Shown here: positions 1 through 8,665 of the stretch, in pieces
Layout: the number at the start of each line of letters is the position of its first letter
Position numbering within the stretch: the first letter of the stretch is position 1
Assembly: GCA_017621525.1 (NCBI GenBank)
Contig: JAGASX010000017.1
Location: 1,138 to 65,137 of the forward strand
DNA from: Clostridia bacterium
GTDB taxonomy: Bacteria; Bacillota; Clostridia; Christensenellales; UBA1242
DNA: 64,000 nt
Direction of reading: 5' to 3'
Program-made: the position numbers and the translations under genes
The notes under the pieces: model-generated
Databases searched by the model: none
Told to the model about the DNA's origin: nothing
Seen by the model: the letters and a program-made list of their open reading frames with translations, nothing else

Positions 1-1
1 T

Positions 2-331
2 GAAGTGATAAATATTCCCGATAATATAACAACCATTAAATCGGGGATACTTGCTGGTAGTGGAGCTTTTTCAAAATGTACCAATCTTACAACTGTATCA
101 ATTGGCAGTGGGCTTTCGAGTATTGCTTCTACAGTTTTTCATGGTTGCAGTTCTCTTAAAACGGTATCAATAAAAGCGTTAGAAGCACCAGAAGTTACTG
201 GAAGCAACTTGTTATTTAAAGATTCTTCCACACTTGAGGCTATTTACGTTCCTCGTTCAAGTGTTGATGCGTACAAATCTGCAACAGGATGGAGTGATTA
301 TGCAGATTTAATTATGCCGTACGATTTCTAA
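2..331 (+). CDS. BspA-type leucine-rich-repeat surface protein, C-terminal fragment (5' end outside window)
   Basis: Frame is open to the window edge. Tandem ~23-aa units (AFSKCTNLTTVSIGSGLSSIASTVFHGCSSLKTVSI) fit the F..C..L..V.I pattern of BspA/LRR_5 repeats. A hairpin terminator follows. Confidence 0.7.
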   Translation, partial: EVINIPDNITTIKSGILAGSGAFSKCTNLTTVSIGSGLSSIASTVFHGCSSLKTVSIKALEAPEVTGSNLLFKDSSTLEAIYVPRSSVDAYKSATGWSDYADLIMPYDF

Positions 332-359
332 AAAAATACTGGGTGTCCAGTATTTTTTT
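331..359. terminator. bidirectional rho-independent terminator between convergent genes
   Basis: Stem ATACTGG (336..342) / CCAGTAT (347..353) with a 4-nt loop, an A-run upstream and a T-run downstream. Confidence 0.8.
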
Positions 360-564
360 AGTAATCACTCATGCCTATAAGGTAATCGCTTGTAACTTCA
401 AAAAATTTTGCAAGCAAAATTATCGCTTCAATGTTTGGTGTACGTTGTTTTCCTTCCCACATGCCAATTGCTCGCACTGAAATACCAGTTGCTTTTGCCA
501 GTTGTGCTTGTGATAAGCCTTTTTCAATGCGTAATTCTTTCAATCTTTCGGCAAATTTATTCAT
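358..564 (-). CDS. XRE-family helix-turn-helix transcriptional regulator (68 aa)
   Basis: MNKFAERLKELRIEKGLSQAQLAKATGISVRAIGMWEGKQRTPNIEAIILLAKFF is a textbook HTH_3/XRE domain. I trimmed the track ORF to the ATG ending at 564, which is preceded by AAAGGAG on the minus strand. Confidence 0.85.
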   Translation of the reverse strand: MNKFAERLKELRIEKGLSQAQLAKATGISVRAIGMWEGKQRTPNIEAIILLAKFFEVTSDYLIGMSDY

Positions 565-585
565 AAAAACTCCTTTTTTAATATT

Positions 586-639
586 ATGGCACAAATGTGC
601 ATAAAATACTTGACATGGCACAATCGTGCCTATTATAAT
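586..639. promoter_or_regulatory. divergent promoter/operator region of the XRE pair
   Basis: TTGACA 610..615 and TATAAT 634..639 read toward the 657 gene. The 15-nt motif ATGGCACAA-NN-GTGC occurs twice (586..600 and 615..629), each copy containing a short inverted repeat. Confidence 0.55.
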
Positions 640-656
640 AGAAACGGAGAACAAAC

Positions 657-869
657 ATGAAAGATTTTTATTTTGTTTATGAGTATATTGAGTATTATAT
701 TTATATAAACAAACTAACAAAAAGGCAGTTTTGTAAACTTAGCGGTATTAAACTTAAAATTTTAAGAATGATTAAAAGAAAAGATTATTCCTTTACTTTT
801 GATAATGCCGTTAAAATCAGTTTATTTTTAGGAAAACCTCTAAAAAAACTTATAATATATCTTTCATAA
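657..869 (+). CDS. small Cro-like HTH protein (70 aa), divergent from the XRE gene
   Basis: LTKRQFCKLSGIKLKILRMIKRKDYSFTFDNAVKISLFLGKPL fits XRE/Cro HTH spacing. GGAG lies 7 nt upstream of the ATG and a consensus promoter lies upstream. Confidence 0.5.
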   Translation: MKDFYFVYEYIEYYIYINKLTKRQFCKLSGIKLKILRMIKRKDYSFTFDNAVKISLFLGKPLKKLIIYLS

Positions 870-897
870 AACGCCATAACACCACATACCATGTACT

Positions 898-1632
898 ATG
901 AAAAAATTTCATTTTGGTGTTATAAAGTTAAAGAAGTGGGCTGTAAATGTTGTGATTGCCGGCATGCTTATCCTTATTGGCGGCGTCGCTACAATTGCTG
1001 GTGTTACGGCAATTCCCACAGCAACAGCAGTCAGCGGTGTGTATTATAATGGCGATAAGGCAGGTGATAAAATTTCCCTTATGATAAATGTATATTGGGG
1101 GACTGAATTTATTGAACCTATGCTGAAAATTATGGAAGAAAAAGGGGTAAAAACCACATTTTTCATAGGTGGAACATGGGCTGTGCAAAACAGTGAAACC
1201 CTTGAAAAGATATATAAAGCCGGCCACGAAATAGGTAATCATGGCTATCATCATAAAGACCACGACAAAATCAGCGAAGAAGAGAATATCAACCAAATAA
1301 AAAATACCCACAATATTGTTAAGGAATTATTGGGTATTGATATGAATTTGTTTGCACCGCCAAGCGGGGCATATAACCGTACAACAGTGGCAGGTGCAAC
1401 TTTGCTTGGTTATAAAACTATTATGTGGACACGCGATACAATTGATTGGAGGGACCATGATGAAAATTTAATCTATAATCGCGCCGTCAAAAATGCGTCA
1501 GGTGGCGACCTTGTTTTAATGCACCCAACCGAGGCAACCCTTAAAGCCCTGCCTAAAATTATTGATACTCTTCAAGAAAAGGGGCTTAAAATAACACCTG
1601 TCAGCCAAAACATAAATGATGTAGAAAGTTAA
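898..1632 (+). CDS. polysaccharide deacetylase (NodB fold), sporulation PdaB-like, with an N-terminal membrane anchor
   Basis: INVYWGTEF...TTFFIGGTWA...GHEIGNHGYHHKDH...LVLMHPTE matches the PdaB-type deacetylase layout. There is one N-terminal TM helix. Confidence 0.75.
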   Translation: MKKFHFGVIKLKKWAVNVVIAGMLILIGGVATIAGVTAIPTATAVSGVYYNGDKAGDKISLMINVYWGTEFIEPMLKIMEEKGVKTTFFIGGTWAVQNSETLEKIYKAGHEIGNHGYHHKDHDKISEEENINQIKNTHNIVKELLGIDMNLFAPPSGAYNRTTVAGATLLGYKTIMWTRDTIDWRDHDENLIYNRAVKNASGGDLVLMHPTEATLKALPKIIDTLQEKGLKITPVSQNINDVES

Positions 1633-1746
1633 AAAATCAAAAATCGCCTTAAAAATTCAAAATATTCTCAAAAAATGCCTGTGATAGTTGAGAATATTTT
1701 TTATTTGTGCTATATTAGAGGTGAATATATTTTTAAAAGGGACAAT

Positions 1747-4665
1747 ATGGCAACATTTCAAGTTTCTAAAAAAGATAAAAAGAAAAATAAAAATATAAAA
1801 GCAATAGCAGGCTGGATTTTTCTTGGCATTTCCACCTTTGTCTTTTTGTTTTCTGTTACAAAATTATTGCCGTTTTTACAATACTTTTTCTTGGGTATGT
1901 TTGGCGTTTTTGTATACCCACTTTGTGTTGTAGGTTTTGTAATTTCACTTGCTCTTTTAAACGACAAAAAGTATGTTATGCCTAAAAAATATGCCATTCT
2001 TTTAACCCTTTCTTTGATTATATTTTTAATGATAATTCAACTTATTTTTGCCGGCTCGCCAGCCAAAGTGTCGTACGGCGATTATATTGCAATCAACTAT
2101 CATAAACAATTCACCGCAGGCGGACTTTTCTTTGGCTTTTTGCCAAGCACACTTGCATTTCTTATGGGGCTTCCAGCAACATACATCATTCTTTCAGTAG
2201 GCCTTGTTGTAACCCTTGCATTTTTCATTGAAATGGTTATCTCAATGAGAAAAACAAAACAACAAACAAACCCAATCAAACTTCAAATACGCGATAAAGA
2301 AAAATCGCAAACCCCATTCAATCCTCGTAAACACACCCAACAACAAGAAGAATTTGCAATTAAAAGCGACAATCCAAAAATTGCGCAAATTAAAGAGCCA
2401 GACATTATGTTCGCGGGCAATGTTCAAAAGGAAGAAAAAAGGGAACTTACAGCCCGAGAAAAACTTGGCCTTGTTGGTGGAAACAAACAAATGGTAGGTC
2501 AGCCTTATTCGCCTCAAAACATAAATCTTCCACCACATGAAGAGGATAAAAAACTGCCACAGCACATGAATATGCGTGAATATTTGCTTTCAACCCCACA
2601 AGTTGACCTTGAAAAGTTTAAAGCACAACAATCACGCCTGCGTTCAATTGCAGAGGCAAGCGGAAGAACTCGCCCAATCACTCAACAGCCTCAAACCCCT
2701 CCAATAAACGAAATCCAACAGAATATTGAAGAACTTAAACAAGAGGAAATTGTGTTTGACGCACCTGCTGACCTCACGGAAATTGCACCAGAAGAAATCA
2801 CAAACGAGGCAGAGGATATTATAAGAAGTGTTGTAGAACAGGAAAAGTTAGAGCGTATTGCCGACGCCCAAGTTGAAAAAAATGAAGATGAATATTTCAA
2901 TTTTGATGAAATTCAAACAACTCAACAGCCAATTATAGAACAACCAAAACCACAAATTTTTGAAAGAAACAATGCCATAACTGATAGGGGACTTACCCGC
3001 GAAAATCCATTCGCAAGAGAGGAGCAAAAAACGATTGAAACTCCACGCCAAAACCTCTTTTCACGGGATAGACAAGAGGTTAAACCAGCACAAGAAGAAA
3101 CAAAACCTTTTGCTCGTCCAGAACGCCCAATAGACGAAATGGAAAGAAGAAAACGCTTTGTAAGCCTTGATGATGAGGGCGGTAAGAAAGAGGAAAAAAT
3201 CACTCCATATAAGTATAACCGACCATCACTCGATTTGCTTACAACCCAAAGCGATGACCTTTCAATTTTCAGCGACGAAGTACCAAAGAAATCGGTTGCA
3301 CTTGAAAACGCACTTGAAAACTTTGGTATTCCAGCAAAGGTGCAAAATGTTGTTATCGGCCCAACGGTAACTCGCTATGAAATAGAAATGCCAGAGGGCA
3401 TTTCAGTAAAAAGAATTTTGTCCCTTGATGCCGACATTGCGTACGCACTTTCAGCAAAAGGCCAGATAAGAATAGAGGCACCAATTCCGGGACGAAGCGT
3501 TGTTGGCATAGAAGTTCCAAACAGCAAAGTTGCAAAAGTCAGCATCAAAGACGTACTGCAATCAAAGGAATTTTCATTAAGCCCATCGCCACTTACCTTT
3601 GCATTGGGTAAAGACATCACCGGAAATGTAAAAGTGTGCAATCTTGCCAAAATGCCACACCTTTTGGTTGCTGGTACAACAGGCTCTGGTAAAAGTGTGT
3701 GCTTAAATACAATAATCACATCACTTGTTTACAAATCGTCGCCAGACGAAGTAAAATTTGTGATGATAGACCCAAAACAGGTAGAACTTTCCATGTATGA
3801 GGGACTGCCACACATGGTTATTCCAAAGGTAATCACAGACCCAACAAAGGCGGTCAACGCACTGCAATGGGCGGTAGATGAAATGGAACGCCGATTTAAT
3901 CTTATTTCAGAAGAACGCGTGCGCAATATAGATGAATATAACAGGTCAGAAAAAGTCCTTCAAAACAAGGTTAAGAAAATGCCATTCATCGTTATAATCT
4001 TCGATGAATTTGCCGACTTCATGGCGGTTGCTAAAAATGAAATTGAAGATAAAATTCGCAGACTTGCAGGCAAGGCTCGTGCTGCTGGAATTCACCTCAT
4101 TCTTGCCACACAAAGACCATCAACCGACGTTGTAACAGGTACGCTTAAAGCCAACTTGCCGGCAAGAATTGCCTTTAAAGTTGCCAGCAGGGTGGATAGC
4201 GAAGTTATCATGGGTGCAACGGGCGCAGAAAAACTTTTGGGCTATGGCGATATGCTTTACAAACCTGCCGATTCTTCACCTTTGCGTTTGCAAGGCTGTT
4301 TAATAGAAACACAAGAAACAAAGGATATTGTTAATTATATCACAGAAAACAACGAGGAAATATTTGATGAAGAGGCGTTCAACGCAATCAACAATCCGGG
4401 TAAAAACACGGGTGGCAATGGCGAAGGAAATAATGGCGGGGTTGACCCACTTCTTCCAAGGGCGCTTAAAATCTGCATAGATAATGGCGTAGCCTCAACT
4501 ACTATGGTACAACGCAAGTTGTCAATTGGCTACCCACGCGCAGCCCGCATAATTGATGAAATGCAAGAGCGTGGCTATATTTCCACCGCCGAAGGTCAAA
4601 AACAGAGGGTGGTATACACTACAATAGATGAATTTTACGCTTTATTCGGAGACGTATATGACTAA
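1747..4665 (+). CDS. ftsK: DNA translocase FtsK/SpoIIIE
   Basis: N-terminal TM helices, a long Q/E/P-rich linker, Walker A GTTGSGKS, Walker B FIVIIFDEFAD, and a C-terminal gamma winged helix (STTMVQRKLSIGYPRAARIIDEM). Start trimmed to the ATG at 1747 (MATFQVSKKDKKK). Confidence 0.95.
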   Translation: MATFQVSKKDKKKNKNIKAIAGWIFLGISTFVFLFSVTKLLPFLQYFFLGMFGVFVYPLCVVGFVISLALLNDKKYVMPKKYAILLTLSLIIFLMIIQLIFAGSPAKVSYGDYIAINYHKQFTAGGLFFGFLPSTLAFLMGLPATYIILSVGLVVTLAFFIEMVISMRKTKQQTNPIKLQIRDKEKSQTPFNPRKHTQQQEEFAIKSDNPKIAQIKEPDIMFAGNVQKEEKRELTAREKLGLVGGNKQMVGQPYSPQNINLPPHEEDKKLPQHMNMREYLLSTPQVDLEKFKAQQSRLRSIAEASGRTRPITQQPQTPPINEIQQNIEELKQEEIVFDAPADLTEIAPEEITNEAEDIIRSVVEQEKLERIADAQVEKNEDEYFNFDEIQTTQQPIIEQPKPQIFERNNAITDRGLTRENPFAREEQKTIETPRQNLFSRDRQEVKPAQEETKPFARPERPIDEMERRKRFVSLDDEGGKKEEKITPYKYNRPSLDLLTTQSDDLSIFSDEVPKKSVALENALENFGIPAKVQNVVIGPTVTRYEIEMPEGISVKRILSLDADIAYALSAKGQIRIEAPIPGRSVVGIEVPNSKVAKVSIKDVLQSKEFSLSPSPLTFALGKDITGNVKVCNLAKMPHLLVAGTTGSGKSVCLNTIITSLVYKSSPDEVKFVMIDPKQVELSMYEGLPHMVIPKVITDPTKAVNALQWAVDEMERRFNLISEERVRNIDEYNRSEKVLQNKVKKMPFIVIIFDEFADFMAVAKNEIEDKIRRLAGKARAAGIHLILATQRPSTDVVTGTLKANLPARIAFKVASRVDSEVIMGATGAEKLLGYGDMLYKPADSSPLRLQGCLIETQETKDIVNYITENNEEIFDEEAFNAINNPGKNTGGNGEGNNGGVDPLLPRALKICIDNGVASTTMVQRKLSIGYPRAARIIDEMQERGYISTAEGQKQRVVYTTIDEFYALFGDVYD

Positions 4666-5980
4666 ACAACAACTTACGACAAAACTTGTTTCTGCCGTCA
4701 GCCTTGGTTGCGACAAAAACAAGGTAGACCTCGAAAAAATGTTGGGCAGATTAAAAGAATATGGCTTTACAATAATTGAAGAGGCAGAAAATGCCGATAT
4801 AGTTATCATAAATACCTGTGCTTTTATTCAGCCCGCACAAGAAGAGGCAATTGAAAATATTTTGCAGTTTGAACATTTAAAGAAAATAGGCAAAGTGGAA
4901 AAGGTGATTGTTACAGGTTGCTTTCCAGAACGCAATTATGAAGAAGTAAAAGCAAACTTCCCAGAAATTGATGCCTTTTTAAGACTTCGCGAAAATGACA
5001 ATATTTGTGGAGTTATTGAAAAATTGTATCAAATAGAGCAATCAAAACCAGCCAAAAAGTTTTCTCGCGTGCTTACAAACAGTCCAAGTTACGCATACCT
5101 TAAAATAGCAGATGGGTGCGATAACGTTTGCTCTTATTGCACAATTCCACGTATAAGGGGCAGATATAAAAGCACACCAATTGAACAGTTGACAGCAGAG
5201 GCGAAAGACCTTGCCTCAAAAGGTGTTAAAGAAATCATTTTGGTTGCCCAAGATACAACCAAATATGGTGAAGACATTTATGGCGAAAATGCTTTAATAA
5301 AACTTTGCGACAACCTTTCAAAAATAAAGGAAATCAAATGGATACGCCTTCATTATGCATACCCAGAAAGAATTGATGATAAACTTCTTGCCTACATATC
5401 AAAAAATGAAAAAATGTGCAAATATCTTGACGTGCCACTTCAACATATCGACGACAAAATCTTAAAATCTATGAGGCGTCGCGTAGACGAAAATGGCACA
5501 AGAGAACTTATTGAAAAAATAAGAGGGGACTACCCACAAATTGCCCTTCGCTCCACATTTATTGTTGGCTATCCAAGTGAAAGCGGTAAGGACTTTAAAA
5601 AACTTTGCAACTTCATAAAACAAACTAAATTCGATTATGCCGGCTTTTTCCCATATTCAAAAGAGCCTAATACAGCAAGTTTCTATATGAAAGGCCAGGT
5701 TAAAAATTTTATTAAAAACAGCCGTACCAGAAAAATTCGCAAAATTCAAAATTCAATTGTAATTGAAAAGGCAAAAGCCTTGATAGGTCAGGAAATGGAA
5801 GTTCTTGTCGATTTCTTTGACCAAACTACAGGAGAATATTGCGGACATAGCCAAAACCTTTCTCCAACAGTTGACTTTGGGGTTCGATTTGTGGATAATA
5901 ATAGTGTAAAGGTTGCTGACTTTGTTAAAGTTAAAATTTATGACTTTGACGGAAGCGACTATAAAGGAGAAATTGTATGA
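4658..5980 (+). CDS. rimO: ribosomal protein S12 methylthiotransferase RimO (radical SAM MTTase with C-terminal TRAM)
   Basis: LGCDKNKVD...INTCAF N-terminal cluster, radical-SAM CDNVCSYCTIP, YLDVPLQHIDDKILKSMRR, and a TRAM-like C-terminus. The ATG at 4658 overlaps the ftsK stop. rimO-pgsA-recA synteny. Confidence 0.9.
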   Translation: MTKQQLTTKLVSAVSLGCDKNKVDLEKMLGRLKEYGFTIIEEAENADIVIINTCAFIQPAQEEAIENILQFEHLKKIGKVEKVIVTGCFPERNYEEVKANFPEIDAFLRLRENDNICGVIEKLYQIEQSKPAKKFSRVLTNSPSYAYLKIADGCDNVCSYCTIPRIRGRYKSTPIEQLTAEAKDLASKGVKEIILVAQDTTKYGEDIYGENALIKLCDNLSKIKEIKWIRLHYAYPERIDDKLLAYISKNEKMCKYLDVPLQHIDDKILKSMRRRVDENGTRELIEKIRGDYPQIALRSTFIVGYPSESGKDFKKLCNFIKQTKFDYAGFFPYSKEPNTASFYMKGQVKNFIKNSRTRKIRKIQNSIVIEKAKALIGQEMEVLVDFFDQTTGEYCGHSQNLSPTVDFGVRFVDNNSVKVADFVKVKIYDFDGSDYKGEIV

Positions 5981-6657
5981 ATACACCAAATAAAATAACA
6001 CTTTCAAGATTATTACTTATACCACTTGTTGTGTTTTTCTATCTTGCAGATTTCATTCCATACAGCAAACTTGTGGCAACAATCATCTTCATTGGTGCCT
6101 GCCTTACAGACTTTTTAGATGGACACATTGCAAGAAAATACAATCAAGTTACAACACTTGGCAAATTCTTTGATACCATTGCCGATAAAGTGCTTATTAT
6201 GACAGGACTTTTGCTTATCTGCGCAGGTCAAGTAATAGGTGGCGCACCGGTTGTTTACCCAAGTTGGCTTGGCATTGTATGCGTTGTTATCATTTTGGCA
6301 AGAGAGTTTATTGTAAGCGCACTTCGCCAAATCGCAGCCTCAAAAGGCACAGTTCTTGCCGCTGACATGGGCGGAAAAATCAAAGCAACAGCACAATACG
6401 TTGTTGTATCACTTTATATGTTCCTTGCATTTTTCGAGCAGTCAATCGCACCAGCCCTTGACGCAGGGGCAATGAATAAGGCACTTCCAATCATCAGGTT
6501 TATTCTTATGATTTTGCTTGCATTTACAACCTTCCTTACAATTTATTCAGGTGCAAGTTATCTTATAAGAAATCGCCATGTTTTCAAAGAAGATAAGGAA
6601 GAAGAGGCAATCGCAAAAGAAATTGTAGAAGAAGAACAAGAAAACAAAGATAAATAA
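5977..6657 (+). CDS. pgsA: CDP-diacylglycerol--glycerol-3-phosphate 3-phosphatidyltransferase
   Basis: CDP-alcohol phosphatidyltransferase motif DFLDGHIARKYNQVTTLGKFFDTIADK. Multi-TM protein. 4-nt overlap with rimO. Confidence 0.9.
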   Translation: MNTPNKITLSRLLLIPLVVFFYLADFIPYSKLVATIIFIGACLTDFLDGHIARKYNQVTTLGKFFDTIADKVLIMTGLLLICAGQVIGGAPVVYPSWLGIVCVVIILAREFIVSALRQIAASKGTVLAADMGGKIKATAQYVVVSLYMFLAFFEQSIAPALDAGAMNKALPIIRFILMILLAFTTFLTIYSGASYLIRNRHVFKEDKEEEAIAKEIVEEEQENKDK

Positions 6658-6669
6658 AAGAGGTAAAAA

Positions 6670-7713
6670 ATGGCAAAAGAAGTTGTAAAAAATACAAAAA
6701 AAGAGGCTCTCGACCAAGCACTTTTGCAAATTGAAAAACAATTTGGTAAAGGTGCAATTATGAAGCTTGGCGATAGGGTAAATGAGCCTATTGATGTAAT
6801 CCCAACAGGTTGCTTAACACTTGATATTGCATTGGGCATTGGCGGTATTCCACGCGGAAGAGTAATTGAAATTTACGGGCCAGAATCTTCTGGTAAAACC
6901 ACAGTTTCTCTTCATATTGTTGCCGAGGCTCAAAAACTTGGCGGAACTGCTGCCTTTATTGATGCAGAACACGCACTTGACCCAATTTATGCAGAAAAAC
7001 TTGGCGTTCAACTTAACGACTTGCTTGTATCTCAACCAGATAATGGAGAACAAGCACTTAATATTTGCGAAACCCTTGTAAAATCCGGCTCTGTGGATAT
7101 TGTGGTTGTAGACTCTGTTGCCGCCCTCACTCCAAAGGCGGAAATCGATGGCGAAATGGGTGATAGCCATGTTGGACTTCAAGCCAGAATGATGAGCCAA
7201 GCCCTTCGTAAACTTACAGGTGTAATCAACAAATCAAACACAACTGTAATTTTCATCAACCAACTTCGTGAAAAGGTTGGTGTAATGTTCGGCTCACCAG
7301 AAACAACAACAGGCGGAAAGGCGCTTAAATTCTATTCAAGCATACGCCTTGATGTAAGACGTAAAGACGCAATCAAAGACGGCACAGAAATCATAGGAAA
7401 CAGAACGGTTGTAAAGGTTGTTAAAAACAAACTTGCACCTCCATTTAGAACAGCCGAATTTGATATTGTTTATGGACAAGGCATCAGCCAAGTGGGTTGC
7501 GTTGTAGACCTTGCACTTGCCCAAGATATAATCAAAAAATCAGGCTCATGGTTCTCATATAACGATGAAAAAATTGCACAAGGTAAAGAAAATGTTAAAA
7601 CTTACCTTGAAAAAACACCAGACGTGTATGCGGAAATTTTTGAAAAGGTTAAAGAGGCATACAAAACAACTTCCGTTGCATCATCTGCTGACGAAGAAGA
7701 AACCCAAGAATAA
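6670..7713 (+). CDS. recA: recombinase RecA
   Basis: [14 protein letters not shown], Walker [10 protein letters not shown], and [11 protein letters not shown] are near-identical to canonical RecA. Confidence 0.99.
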   Translation: MAKEVVKNTKKEALDQALLQIEKQFGKGAIMKLGDRVNEPIDVIPTGCLTLDIALGIGGIPRGRVIEIYGPESSGKTTVSLHIVAEAQKLGGTAAFIDAEHALDPIYAEKLGVQLNDLLVSQPDNGEQALNICETLVKSGSVDIVVVDSVAALTPKAEIDGEMGDSHVGLQARMMSQALRKLTGVINKSNTTVIFINQLREKVGVMFGSPETTTGGKALKFYSSIRLDVRRKDAIKDGTEIIGNRTVVKVVKNKLAPPFRTAEFDIVYGQGISQVGCVVDLALAQDIIKKSGSWFSYNDEKIAQGKENVKTYLEKTPDVYAEIFEKVKEAYKTTSVASSADEEETQE

Positions 7714-7717
7714 AAAT

Positions 7718-7742
7718 ATCCACCAAAAGGTGGATTTTTTTT
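7718..7742 (+). terminator. rho-independent terminator after recA
   Basis: ATCCACC-aaaa-GGTGGAT followed by T7. Confidence 0.85.
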
Positions 7743-7809
7743 GTTTTGTACCTATAAATGTTTGATTTTTTTTTATAAAAATTGTACAATACATACAAAG
7801 AGAGGCAAT

Positions 7810-8550
7810 ATGAAACCTAAAAAATTATCATTGCAAAATGTTCAAAACTATCACTTTGTTTTTGTGGGCTTTGCAACATTTAAAGATGTGTATAAAACCA
7901 TTGTAGAAAACCTGCCATATTACAGATTTGAAAAAGCGGGCAAAGAGCAAGAAAAGGAAATTTTTTATGACGTTCCCGACGGCCTTTTGTCAACCGCAGG
8001 TCTTGTTTTGTCTAAATGGTATCATGGAAAGAAAATATATTTCCATGTGCGTAAATTAAGCCGTATTGCAGGGCAAACAAAACGCCCAAGCAAGAAGTTT
8101 TTGTTTGGCTCTTGTGAAGAACTTGACGAGCCAAAAGACTTCTCTCTTCAAATTGCATCTGCCATTGAAAACTCATTTTCATCACCATTCAGCGTAGACC
8201 TTGATTCTATTGTAAAACAAACAAACCCTATTATTGAAGTAGATATTCAGTCAGATAAATACAACATCATTTGCGGAACAGGGTATAGGGCATATATGCT
8301 GTTTGAAAACGCAATTTATAAAGACATTAAAACCGGCAACAAAGTGTCGCGTCTTGGCGTAACATTTGGCTTTCCTCTTGAAGATAGGGAAGAAACTAAT
8401 GAAATTTTGGAAGTGCTTTCTCGTAAAGTCTTTGGCCTTGCCCAGTATGACAATTCTCGCTTTGAAATCGCAGAACAATTGCTTTATTCAAAGATAGATG
8501 AAGAATCCAAAACCCTTAATACCGAAGAGGATGAAGAGGAAGAACAGTAA
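7810..8550 (+). CDS. hypothetical protein with weak CYTH-like features and an acidic C-terminal tail
   Basis: Start trimmed to the ATG at 7810 (MKPKKLSLQ). IFYDVPDGLLSTAGLVLSKW...HVRKL and the C-terminal ...GVTFGFPLEDREE...YDNSRFEIAEQLL resemble CYTH (triphosphate tunnel) strands, but the N-terminal ExExK motif is absent. Flanked by terminators. Confidence 0.7.
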   Translation: MKPKKLSLQNVQNYHFVFVGFATFKDVYKTIVENLPYYRFEKAGKEQEKEIFYDVPDGLLSTAGLVLSKWYHGKKIYFHVRKLSRIAGQTKRPSKKFLFGSCEELDEPKDFSLQIASAIENSFSSPFSVDLDSIVKQTNPIIEVDIQSDKYNIICGTGYRAYMLFENAIYKDIKTGNKVSRLGVTFGFPLEDREETNEILEVLSRKVFGLAQYDNSRFEIAEQLLYSKIDEESKTLNTEEDEEEEQ

Positions 8551-8556
8551 AAAATC

Positions 8557-8582
8557 AACCTGCAATAAGCAGGTTTTTTTTA
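8557..8582 (+). terminator. rho-independent terminator
   Basis: AACCTGC-aataa-GCAGGTT followed by a T-run. Confidence 0.85.
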
Positions 8583-8665
8583 GAAACACAAGAACTACAT
8601 GAACGAAGTGGATGTTTTCTTATTCAATAATTCTATTTTAAAGGTTTTTCACATATCTTAAATCA

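Noticed and set aside
1-900. LRR fragment plus divergent XRE pair as a prophage or mobile-element edge
   Set aside because: Only two small HTH genes support the idea. There is no integrase, att-like repeat or phage structural gene within the window, so the call cannot be made. The region is reported only as a regulatory switch.
1675-1746. N-terminal extensions of many track ORFs (for example 1675, 4628, 7741, 18034, 26558, 30848, 34712, 39896, 47848, 61838, 63200)
   Set aside because: The longest-ORF starts lack an SD and add non-homologous residues. Internal ATG or GTG codons preceded by GGAGG-like sequences match the family N-termini, so the trimmed starts are reported instead.
2230-3200. 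Long low-complexity Q/E/P/K-rich stretch that might be a separate gene or a repeat element
   Set aside because: It is in frame and continuous with the FtsK membrane domain and motor domain. FtsK/SpoIIIE proteins normally carry such variable linkers.
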